From Macrostomum hystrix (Eukaryota; Animalia; Platyhelminthes), in assembly GCA_950097015.1 (NCBI GenBank), contig CATNEN010000028.1, positions 186,001 through 250,000 of the forward strand: a stretch of DNA of 64,000 bases. The letters run 5' to 3'. The notes beneath the pieces are model-generated. The model searched no databases. It was not told the origin of the DNA and was given only the letters and a program-made list of their open reading frames with translations. The translations under genes and the position numbers were made by a program. Shown one piece after another: positions 12,353 through 24,300 of the stretch. Numbering within the stretch: position 1 is the stretch's first letter; each line of letters begins with the position of its first letter.

Positions 12353-15300
12353 ATGATGCACCCCACAGTTATAGAAATGGAACTAGATACAACACAACTG
12401 AAGCCGGCAAACAACAGTCCACTGGGCTGCTGCTCAGATGATGGTCGAGTCGTTCTTGCTGATATTTGCAAGGTAATTTAACATGTTTTATTTGTAATTT
12501 AATAACCTGCTTAGCCTGAGGGGGTGAGTGGCAGAGCGGTTAACGCGTTTGCCTCTCGCACCAAGGTCCCTGAGCTCGATTCCGCGGCGAGGCCACATTC
12601 ATTTGGGGCCCAGCCACCGAGAGAAGGCTTGGTGGCTTGTCGTGCAATTTACGCCCTCGAGGGCCAAGCTCCAAGGCACAGTGAAATCTAACACTGACGA
12701 TGAGAAAGTCAGGGCAGATGTACACACCTGCGTGCGTGTGCGCTTAGATTTGCCTCCTCGCTGGCTGCTGGCCTACTTTCGACAAATTATATTCAATTCA
12801 TTACCCGCTTTTTGTACCATTATTATTAATATTATTATTATTATTGTTATTAGAGATTCTTTCTCTCTTTCCGCCTTCTTTCACAGCTAGTCCAGAATGG
12901 ATCAGATGACGAGGCCCTGAATTGCGCTATCAGCCAATGCGACAGCTCATTCTTCAAGACCGACGCCCTTGGCGGACGCCTCATTCACTTGGCTGCCCGC
13001 AATGGCCACTGTGAAGCTACGGCTCTGCTGGCGGATAGGGGCGCCGGTGAGTGATAGTACTGGCCAGGCATTCACAGACACTGGCAGAGCATTCACAGAC
13101 ACACTGGCACAGCATTCACAGACACACTGGCAGAGCATTCACAGACACACTGGCAGAGCATTCACAGACACACTGGCAGAGCATTCACAGACACACTGGC
13201 CAGGCATTCACAGACACACTGGCAGAGCATTCACAGACACACTGGCAGAGCATTCACAGACACACTGGCCAGGCATTCACAGACACACTGGCAGAGCATT
13301 CACAGACACACTGGCACAGCATTCACAGACACACTGGCAGAGCATTCACAGACACACTGGCAGAGCATTCACAGACACACTGGCAGAGCATTCACAGACA
13401 CACTGGCAGAGCATTCACAGACACACTGGCCAGGCATTCACAGACACACTGGCAGAGCATTCACAGACACACTGGCAGAGCATTCACAGACACACTGGCA
13501 GAGCATTCACAGACACACTGGCACAGCATTCACAGACACACTGGCAGAGCATTCACAGACACACTGGCAGAGCATTCACAGACACACTGGCAGAGCATTC
13601 ACAGACACACTGGCCAGGCATTCACAGACACACTGGCAGAGCATTCACAGACACACTGGCAGAGCATTCACAGACACACTGGCCAGGCATTCACAGACAC
13701 ACTGGCAGAGCATTCACAGACACACTGGCAGAGCATTCACAGACACACTGGCAGAGCATTCACAGACACACTGACCAATTGTTCACAGACCTTAACGGCA
13801 CAGACGAAGCCGGATGGACGCCGCTTCATCGCGCCATCGAGGGTGACAGTCCGGCTGTTGTGCGCCAGCTGCTATCGTTGGGTGCCGACTCCGGGACTCT
13901 GGCTCACCATCTGGCACCGATTCACCTGGCCAGCGAGCTCAACCGAGTCGCCTGCCTTCAAGAACTCGATGCCGCCGGCTGCCTCAGTGTGGGCCTGGCA
14001 GGTCGTCACGGTAACACGGCGGTGCACTTTGCCTGCGTTGGTGACGCTGCGGAGGCTCTGACTATGCTGGTGAGGCTATGAGCCGATGCAAAATGCATTG
14101 AAAACTATCCAACACCGAGTTTTTAAATACGAGCGTACGCTCGTAGTGAATTATTTTGCACATTCTGACATGTGCATTTTCACATGCGAAAGCTGATGCG
14201 TTCACAAACTTAGAAGATTTCCCGTACAAAACCCGCCCATTAGCTGCATCGCGGAGGTGATCCGAGCCAGCTAAACCACCTGGGCCAGCAGCCGATTCAC
14301 CTGGCTGCCATGCACGGCAGTTGGCGTTGTCTTGCCATCATAGACACCGCCGCTGGCGGCTCTGACGCCGAAGCTCCGATGCGGCGTCGCGACCGCGACA
14401 ACAATGCGCCGCTTCACCTGGCCATCGGCGCCGGCGACTACCGCACCGTCCGGCTCTGCCTGCAGCTGGGAGCCGACATTGTCGACGATGCCAATGGTCT
14501 AGCGGACTCAGGAACCCCGCTTCACTGCGTCTGTGTGCGAGGCGACCTGCCCGCTCTGCGGCTCATGCTGGAGGAGGGCCGATGCGGCGGCAAGGAAACG
14601 ACGCCACAGGAGAAAGTCGATGCCCTGGAACGCAGAGATAAGAATGGGCACTCACCGCTGCACAAGGCGGTCATGTTTAACCACGTTGAGCTGGTCAGCT
14701 ACCTGCTTGCCAGGGTGAGGGCCTGCCTAATTTGTAAAAGCGAGCCGTCATCGTTGCAGGGAGGGGCGAGTGGCAGAGCTGTCTAGCTCGTTTGCCTCAA
14801 GGACCAAGGTACCTGAGCTCGATTCCGCGGCGAGGCTACATTTATTTGGGGCGCAGCCGCGGAGAGAAGGCTTGGGGGCTTGTCCTGCAATTTACGCCCT
14901 TGAGGGCCAACCTCCAAGGCACAGTGAGAGTGTACACTGCCTGACGATGTGAAAGTCATGGCAGATGTACACACCTGTTTGAGCATGTGCCAGCGTACGG
15001 TATATTTATGTGCGTGTGTGCTCAGGAGTAAGCGAAATGGGCAGAACTGCCTCCTCGCTGGCTGCGGGTCTAGTGTCACCAAACGATGTGCCATTGCCCG
15101 CAGCCCTCCTGCAATTATTATTTTTGTTATCCTCGGAGGGAAAGCTTGGCAAGGTAATTTTCATGCACTGTTTGTGTCACAGGGCGCGGACCCGGAGCTC
15201 AGCGATAGGCAGGGAAACACGGCGCTGCTGCTGGCAGCCAAGACTGGCTCGGTGCACAGCCTGGCCGCACTCGTGACCCGCCGAGACGTCAACATCGCAG

Positions 15301-18300
15301 CCGTGGATCTGGAAGGTCGTAATGCGGCCCACCTGTGCGTGATTCGAGTTGGAGTTGCCGAGGATCGGGCCCTGCTCAGGGTGAGTTCTTGCTCGTCGCA
15401 TTAAATTTTTACTGTTAAATATTGCGGTTGTAGCCTGGTGGTTATGATGTCGAACTCACGACTTGAAGGTCGGTGGTTCGATTTTCGTCTATTTGCTCTC
15501 AGTCGGTTTGGTTCGAGGAGTAACCTCTATTAATATTATTACTGCGAGAAAAACACCATATTTGCATGTCTCGATCATCTAAAGTCACGTAAACTCAAAG
15601 CATCTCAAAACGATGCCCAGATGGGTAAACTGTGCCTATGAAACGCGTCGAAAATCTTCTGATATCACGAACATCTTCGAAGGAGCACGACTTTCACAAG
15701 AATATATCAAGACAACTTAACCAATACAAGACAGTGGGACAATAATCTTGATGCTCTCACCAGAATGTGGCCTGTACCATCTGCAAGCCTATTCTCCTTG
15801 CACGCACTAATCAACAGACCCATCCGCTTGTTTCAGACTCTGCCGATTTCATTGCTAGACCAGAAGGACCTGCACGGCTGCACGCCGCTGCACTACGCCA
15901 CCGCTTCACCATCCAGCCTGGAGCTCCTTATCAGGCGCGGCGCCGCCTGCCTCCCAGCTGATGGCAACCGCGCCACTCCGCTGCACCTAGCCGCCCGCAG
16001 CGGCTCCTTGAACGCCTGCCGGCAGCTCCTGAATGCTTGCTCGCGCCAACTGAACGCCGCAGACTCTCAGGAGAGGACGCCGCTTCATCTGGCTGCGGAG
16101 GCTGGCCACATCCGGGTGGCTCGCTTCCTGCTGGAGAGCGGCTCGGCTCTACGCAGGTACGACAATTGGACAATTGGACTTGAAAAAGCGCGAGGTGAGA
16201 AATTGTTTTCATATCACTGTACGGCCTCAATTTCTGTTCCGTACTCAGAGACTCCCTGGGCAATACCTGCTTGCACTTGGCTGCCAACAACGGGCATCTG
16301 CGCATCATCAAACTCTTGCTCGACGTCAACCGCGCACTCATCGACGCGCAGAATAATGAATTGGTGAGTACATTGCTGTAATTTTCTTAGAAGCTGAACC
16401 TAGATTGTACACTATCGCACTTTGAAGAGTATCGCGCAGTAAAAAGTGACGTCGAAAAGCTTACTGCGACTGAGTCTGCCAAGGACTAAGCCTTTATTAA
16501 CAGGAGAAAGACCAGGCTATTTTTCCATCTGGGGAAAGACAAGGGGTATTTCCCTGATAGCTCCGAAACTGAATGACCGATTTTCGTGAAAGTCCACCAT
16601 TTGGATCAACATTTTCCGCTCTTTACGAAGAACTGACTTTCAAAGCCGTCCGACGTCAGCATCGTCGAGATATTCAACGATTCTTGACGAAGAACCTGGT
16701 GACAAGAAGAAGTAACATTGCTCTGTATAAACTTCTATGACGAATCCATATTGGATCAAAAAAGAAAAAATTTACTATTTAATCGATCTACGAGTAAAAT
16801 TGTTAAACATAATAGCCGACGAGATGATTACATAATGACATTTTTTAGCAGAAAAAATTTGCCTATATTGGTGGTTTTTGCCACCAGACACCCCGACAAG
16901 AATCGTTGAATAACTCGACGATGCCGATGTTTTGTGATTCTGGGAGTTGCTTCATCGGATAGAGCGAAAAATTTTAGCCCGTGTTTTGGATTTTCATGGC
17001 GATCGGTTGAAACTTTTGGAAAATACAGAAAAAAAGAAAAATGTTGGCTTTTGAATTACCCCCATAGTCTTTCTACTGTTTGCCGCATGATTTCAGAAAA
17101 CAGCCTTGCACCTGGCTGCTGTGGCAGGAGCTGTTGATTGTGTTCGACATCTTCTATCTAGCGGCGCTCAGCTCCTGCTGGACAATGAAGGCCGCACCTT
17201 CTTCAGCTGCGCTGTTCGAGCTGGCGAAAAGGCTGTGGTGATGGCGTCCATTGATCACCGATGATCCACGGACATCCTCCTGAGCGTGTCGGTCAGCAGC
17301 TGCCCGATTAAGGAGTGCATTGAGTTCCTTCCCGACTGTGCCAGTGTGAGTGAGGCAGTGTCAGTGAGCCAGTGTGGGTGAGCCAGTGTGGGTGAGCCAG
17401 TGTGGGTGAGCCAGTGTGAGTGAGCCAGTGTGAGTGAGCCAGTGTGAGTGAGGCAGTGTGAGTGAGCCAGTGTGAGTGAACCAGTGTGAGTGAGCCAGTG
17501 TGAGTGAGCCAGTGTGAGTGAACCAGTGTGAGTGAGCCAGTGTGAGTGAGCCAGTGTGAGTGAGGCAGTGTGAGTGAGCCAGCGTGAGTGAGCCAGTGTG
17601 AGTGAGCCAGTGAGTGAGTCAGTGTGAGTGAGCCAGTGTGAGTGAGCCAGCGTGAGTGAGCCAGTGTGAGTGAGCCAGTGTGAGTGAGCCAGTGTGAGTG
17701 AGGCAGTGTGAGTGAGCCAGCGTGAGTGAGCCAGTGTGAGTGAGCCAGTGTGAGTGAGCCAGTGTGAGTGAGCCAGTGTGAGTGAGCCAGGTGAGTGAGC
17801 CAGCGTGAGTGAGCCAGCGTGAGTGAGCCAGTGTGAGTGAGGCAGTGTGAGTGAGCCAGTGTGGGTGAGCCAGTGTGAGTGAGCCAGTGTGAGTGAGGCA
17901 GTGTGAGTGAGCCAGCGTGAGTGAGCCAGCGTGAGTGAGCCAGTGTGAGTGATTCGTGGTCTAATTCAGTAAAAATGATGCTTTCAGATAATTTTGGACC
18001 GGTCCATTGTTGACAGGGGCAGCAAGGTGAGAAAGCTACTGTTCCCCTACGAATCAGCCCAGAGCCTGCAACAGAGCCTCTCGCTCATTCCAGACAGAGC
18101 ACCATTTCTACTTCCTTCAGTTTCCCGTCAGTCAGATTGACCGATACCAGGAAACCACGGGCCGAAAGTACGAATTTTTGCCCGTTATCAACGTGAGTCA
18201 ACACGCCTTTCGGTGTGCTTATTTCTATTAAAAAGCAATCCAATAACAGATTATGAAATCAGTAGTCTCTACTATCCTATTTTATTAAAAAAGTTATTTT

Positions 18301-21300
18301 TTTGCAAATTCATATAATTTCATCTTGCAGTTCATGGTGCGGCTGAACCAAGTTAACTTACTGACGCATCCGCTGTGCGAGGCCTACCTTGCCATGAAGT
18401 GGTGAGCCTGTCAGAGCCTGTCAGTCAGTCAGTCAGTCAGTCAGTCAGTCAGTCAGTCAGTCAGTCAGTCAGTCAGTCAGTCAGCAAACTACCTATCAGG
18501 TAAAGCTTAATTAGATGTATATTTCCTGAGTTTCACAAAGTGTGGATCAAAACAGGTGTGTTTCTGCTCTAGAGCAGCATGAAATTAGTTTCGGAGTAGA
18601 GCAGATATGTAAAACACATTGTAACTTGGAATTCAGTGACCCAGCAAGAAATAGCGATCTTCGATAAACATAATTAATGGTGCTAAGCTGTGCATGCTTA
18701 TCTAACTGTTAGCTAAAAGCCTAACCTCAATTTAATGGTTTAGTCGGTTCACACACTACCATGAGTAATATGAAAGGCACTTTTAGGCCATGGAGTGTCA
18801 AATCTTATGTATTTGAGCTACAGAAATTTTGCCATAAGTTTTATAGGCACGGCGTTCATTAAAAGTAGAAATAAGAGTACCACGGGGATATTTAAAAAGC
18901 AACAATTTTTTCTGTATCTCTATCAAAATATCGCCGTGAAAATGGACTATCACGTACTCACTTATCAATCAATTAATTCTGCTCTACCGCGCATTTTCAC
19001 GAATATTGAAGATAAAATAAAAAATTAACAAAACAGAAACACATCCTTGATCCAGTCTAACTATCGAACATTTATTTGTGTTGTTAGGGATGGCGGGCCC
19101 GCCTCGTAAATTGTTCTACATTGGTGAATTAAAAATGTAATGGCATGGTTATTATTGAGACTGAAATATTTTGTTTCTGGGTTAGTACGATTCGGTCCGG
19201 TCAGTGTCCAGTTCAGCAGCTGGACCTCCGCCTCCTCAGCGCTTGCCAGAGCAGCTGATGTGGCGGTAGATCCTGTAAACCCGGCGGGCGATGCGGTAAA
19301 CCCGCCTCAGCCTGATGCGGATGCGCCGCAGACGGAGCCACTTCTTCTCCAGCTCGGCGGCCTTCTCCTCCGTCATGTCCGGCTCGTCCAGCTCCGCTAG
19401 GTCCTCCAGAGCCGCCATCGAATCCGCGTCCTCCTCCTCCGGCATCTCCTGGCTGGGTCTGGCGGCTGCCAGGGCTGCGCAGAGCAGGAGTCCGAGAGCG
19501 AACTGCCACCGCATGCTTGTGCTGCTGTTTTTGCTTGATGAAGCAGGTTGAGAAGCTGATAGTCTTTGGCTTTTTCTGCTGGCTTGTCGAGTTGCTAGAA
19601 TGTGTCTCGTATTTATGCACAAAAATGGTGCGCGTGTCACGTTCTCCATGTCAAAATATTTTTTCTTGTTTTTCCTACCTCGATTAGAGAATGAAAACAT
19701 TCAGATGCATCTTCCTTTTTGAGAAGTTTTGTTTTTTTTGAGAAAATTACCTTGCACAAGTGTTTTCTCCATTGAGGTCCTTGTGTGAAGGCCAGAAAAG
19801 CTAGTTTTTCCGCTGCGCGATGGTTTCTCAATATTTATTCGCTTAGTTTTTGCACTCCACAAAATTCGGTTAACCTGAATTTCGTTCATAAAGCTTTCCA
19901 TTCAACATTTTTGGCCCACACAACTGGTTGCCGCACAATGTCACCGCCCTCGCATGGGGTGGTGGGTGCTATAGCTCCATGCTTATTGTTCGCCAAGACG
20001 ACTTGACACCTTTTGTTAATATGTTTTGGCCAATTACGAGTATAAAGAAGGATAACTTTATCCTTCGGTGGAAAAAACTGCTTTGAATTTTGATCATTTT
20101 TCCTAGAATTTGGGTTTTTCAAGCTATTTTAGGCAGCCGAGTCAAAGGAAGAAAATCGAAGTCTGACCATCGACAGCTGCTTCGTTTTTTAACCAATGGC
20201 GGTGCACTTCTGAGACTCGAAGGCTAGGTGGCGTGGTACAATGGGTTCAGGACACTGGCAGATAAGAAATGCCGGCCGGTGAACAGGACAGCACTCTCTG
20301 ACCCTGGAAAACTCACAACGCTAAGGAGTGGAGCGGCGGAAGTGAAGCGGAGCGGCGGAAGGTGGGGAGTGGCGGAAGCCAGACAGGCAGATAAGGAGCG
20401 TAGCGGGCTGGGGGGTGGGCGCTCAAACAGAAGCTTAATTTTGACCCGGCATAATTTATGCCTGGCCTTGCAATTGGCTCACGCAAATCATTTGATTTGA
20501 TTTGCAAGTTTTTTTGCTTGCAAATCAGCTGTGCATCGGTAGCTATTGTTGCCATTGTTACCTGTAAGGCTAAGACCCAAAAGCAACCAAAGAAGCAATT
20601 CAAGCGGACTATCTATATAGATACTCTGAATAAAAAACTGAAATTATCTTTTATTATGCTTAACCTCGCGTGTTGACAGCGTAAACTACTGAGCCAAGTA
20701 GGTCAGTAGATTACTTCTACGATCAGAAAATATGAAAGCTGTTCGAACCACCAGAAATTTGAAAGTGGCCAAACACCTAGATCCTAAAATACTAAATGGA
20801 TAAATAATTTAATGCCTATTAAGAGGCCAAATTTGACCCCAAAAAAATTGACACCGGAGTAAAAAAGTATAAAAGTCTGAGAAACTGGTCATAGTTTTTT
20901 ATTTTTAAAAGCAATTAGTCCAAAGCTTTAAGGGTTCTAAAAGAAAAAATTGTGTCCTAAAGCAAAATTACTTAACTCTGCGTTGCTTCATTTCACCCAT
21001 CTGTTAAATGGGTACCAGCATCATCTTGGTTAATCAAGGCTTGGTGTGGCTTCCCCCCAGTCCATGGACTGAACAAAAAGTCCATGGTTACGCAGTCTTC
21101 AGTTGCGCTGGGCGTTAGCAGCGGCTGTACACCTGGCCCAAGTAATTGGCAGGTGTAATAAAGTATTATAGTAGTTCTATTATATACGAGGGGTGTCCAA
21201 AAAGTCTTAGGACCCCACTGCAGTTAAGGAGGCATAACTTTTCAACAGTTAGTGATATTTTCAAAATTCTTTAACTGGTCATTTGTAAATAAAGCCGCTA

Positions 21301-24300
21301 TAAAATAATTTTGTTGTTGTTACTCTTGCTAGCTGTTGAAAAGAGTTATGTGAAAAAGTCCTAAGACTCTTTGGACACCCCTGGTACCTTTGTCCTGACT
21401 CCTATTTTTAGCAAATTTATTCATCTATAAATTATGTCATTTGAATGCGTAAAATCACAAACGCTTGACCAAATGTTTTAACTGCCGTGCAGCTGACCTT
21501 CATAAACTAAGAAGCTCTCTTTGAACAATGTAGGTAAGAAGCTACAACAATGATATGTTGATGTTGATAAACAAGATGAAGCAGAAAACCAGCTCGTTTG
21601 AGTGCCATATTTTGATCTTGACCCTATTTATCATGCACATTGTAGCCAAATGAAACAATGAAAAATGTAGGCACAAACAGCAGTGTTTTCGCCCTGTGTC
21701 GCCCTGCATGTAAGAAATGCATTTGAAAGCCTACACTCATTTTGATAACCGGAAAAACGTGCCCATTTAGTGTATAAATGCGAGATGTGCCGATGCCAGC
21801 TGCAAGCCATGAAGCAACACTTTCAGCTTCTTGATACCAAGGAACTGTGCAGAAACACAAACACAAGCATGCGGTGGCAGTTCGCTCTCGGACTCCTGCT
21901 CTGCGCAGCCCTGGCAGCCGCCAGACCCAGCCAGGAGATGTCGGAGGAGGACGCTGATTCGCTGGCGGCGCTGGAGGCCCTGGCTGACCTGGACGAGTCG
22001 GACATGACGGAGGAGAAGGCCGCGGAGCTGCAGAAGAAGTGGCTGCGAGTCCGCATCAGGTGGAGGCGTGTGTGGCGCATTGCTCGCAGGGTCTACAGGA
22101 TTTATCGCTCCCTGCCTATCCCTGGCAAGTAGGCTGATGCTTCTGAGCCACTGGCACCTGGAAACTGACCGGACTGACTGGGACTCTGAGCCATCAACTC
22201 TGACTCGTGTACAGTATCCCAAGCTTGGGAGGCCTACATGTATGACAGGATATAAAAAAACGACTTTGAGAACAGAGAGGGCTAATATGCGACACAATTA
22301 TGAAGCCAAATTTATAATTTAAATACATCGTTGTCAAACCTTGCGACGGAGAATCGAGTTCTGTTATGAAAGGGTACTTCAATCGCCATAAATAGTTTTT
22401 ATATAGCGCTCAAACGCAGCTACAGTGAGAATTAATGATGTAATAATAATATTTAACAATATTTGGTGACACTGGACCCGCAGCCAGCGAATGAACACTG
22501 GAACCATGAACACTGGACCTCGAATGAACAAAGGAACTCTGCCCATTTCGCTTAAACTTACACACGTACAGGGATACCGTCGCTCACGCAGGCAGTTGCT
22601 CGCACAGATGTTTTGTGTACATCTGCCCTGATTTTCTCATCGTCAGGCAGTGTACACTTTCACTGTGCCTTGGAGGTTGGCCCTCAAGGGTGCAAATTGC
22701 ACGATAAGCCCCCAAGCCTTCTCTTCGCGGCTGCGCCCCAAATGAATGTGGCATAGTGGCCTCGCCGCGGAATCGAGCTCAGGGATCTTGGTGCGAGACG
22801 CAAACGCGTTAGACTGCTCTGCCACTCACCCTGAAGTAATTATGTGCATTTGGTAGAATATAGAAAGCGAAACTCAATACATGGTGCTTGGTCACTGCAG
22901 AAGTCAAGCAATGCCAAGGAGTCCGGTAGATAATGAAGATATTAAATATCTGTTATAGTATTATCTCCGATCACAGCTTACTACTGAACCCAACATATTT
23001 AAATGGGCTACCTATCTATGGGTCTTGACCTTGATGCCAGTCTGAGATTCTATCGGCTGAACACACACGAACACACAAGGTACAATGGTACGACTCACAC
23101 AGGTGTGTACATCTGCCCTGACCCTCTCATCGTCGGGCAGTGTAACACTCACTGTGCATTTGAGGTTGGCCCTGAAGGGCGTAAATTGCGCGGCAAGCCA
23201 CGAAGCCTTCTCTCCGCGTCTGCGCCTCGCTGCAAACTCGATCTCAAGGACAATAGAGCAAAAGGCAGACGCTTTTAAAACTCTACCAAGCACCCATGAA
23301 AGCAGATTTTCGAAGCGAACACGTTCAAGCTCGTTTTTCTACCCGTGTAACAGAGGCTTACTACTTCGTTTTTTTCTCATTGAAAATGATGGACGTGCTT
23401 TTTCTACAGCAATTTTTTACAAATCGAAAGAGTGTAATTGATGCTCTTTTCTCTATAACAAATCTAGCAAAAACTCGTATTCATTGTATATTTTCGAGTT
23501 ACAGATAAAATTACGGGATTATTTTGCATGTCTTTTACGAGAAGATTGGCATTGTACTAATGATTTAGTGGCCCTCAATTTACTTGACATGTCAGCTAAC
23601 TCAAAGATTTTGTTATAAGAGTTCGCAGAGCAAAGACAAGTCGGGGGCGGAGTAATGTCCGGTTGTCCGGTGAAGGCTGGTGAAGGCGGTATCTACTTGC
23701 CAGCGACATGCTTGTAGATCCTGTAGGCGGTCTTGGCGGCGCGCAGCAGCTTCCTAATGCGGATGCGGCGCAGCCGGATGCGGAACTTCTTCTCCACCTC
23801 GGCGGCCTTCTCCTCCGACATGCCCGACTCGTCCAGGTCAGCCAGGGCCTCCAGCGCCGCCAGCGACTCCGCCTCCTCCTCCGACAGCTCCTGGCTGGGC
23901 CTGGCGACTGCCAGAGCTGCGCAGAGCAGGAGTCCGAGAGCAAACTGCCACTTCATGTTTGTTTCGCTGCTGTTGCTTGATGAAGCAGGTAGAGAAGCTG
24001 AGAGTTAGCTTTGGCTCGGAGGTACATACAGCTTTCAGAGGCCTCTGATTTATACACTCGAAAGCGGCACGTTTTTCCGGTCATCGGAATGCGGGGTAAA
24101 AAAAGCACCTTCCACACGCGTTCTCGAAAAAACGCTTCGCACTGAGTTGCTCAGATTGTATCTCGTTTGCTCTTCAGCCGCTCCGTTTGAAAGATAAATT
24201 GCCAGTTGGCCAATAAGGGTGTTGCTGAAGCACTGAGGCTGTGTAATCTGGCATTGAACCTGCAGTTATTGAAATTGCATCTTCAGATGCAATTAACTAT

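Noticed and set aside
12520-12595. tRNA gene
   Set aside because: Has A/B boxes but no proper cloverleaf, and continues into a multi-copy body with a (TTA)n tail, so it is a SINE head.
14939-14965. CTGACGA...GAAAGTC in SINE-A as a hammerhead
   Set aside because: Stems II and III are absent; it folds as a simple hairpin. Reported only as a conserved hairpin.
19515-19700. Longer N-termini of peptide ORFs 1 and 2 given by the ORF track (154 aa; 120 aa from 21770)
   Set aside because: The upstream extensions are not conserved and overlap the TATA/promoter. The homologous M(R/K)WQ start gives a proper signal peptide.
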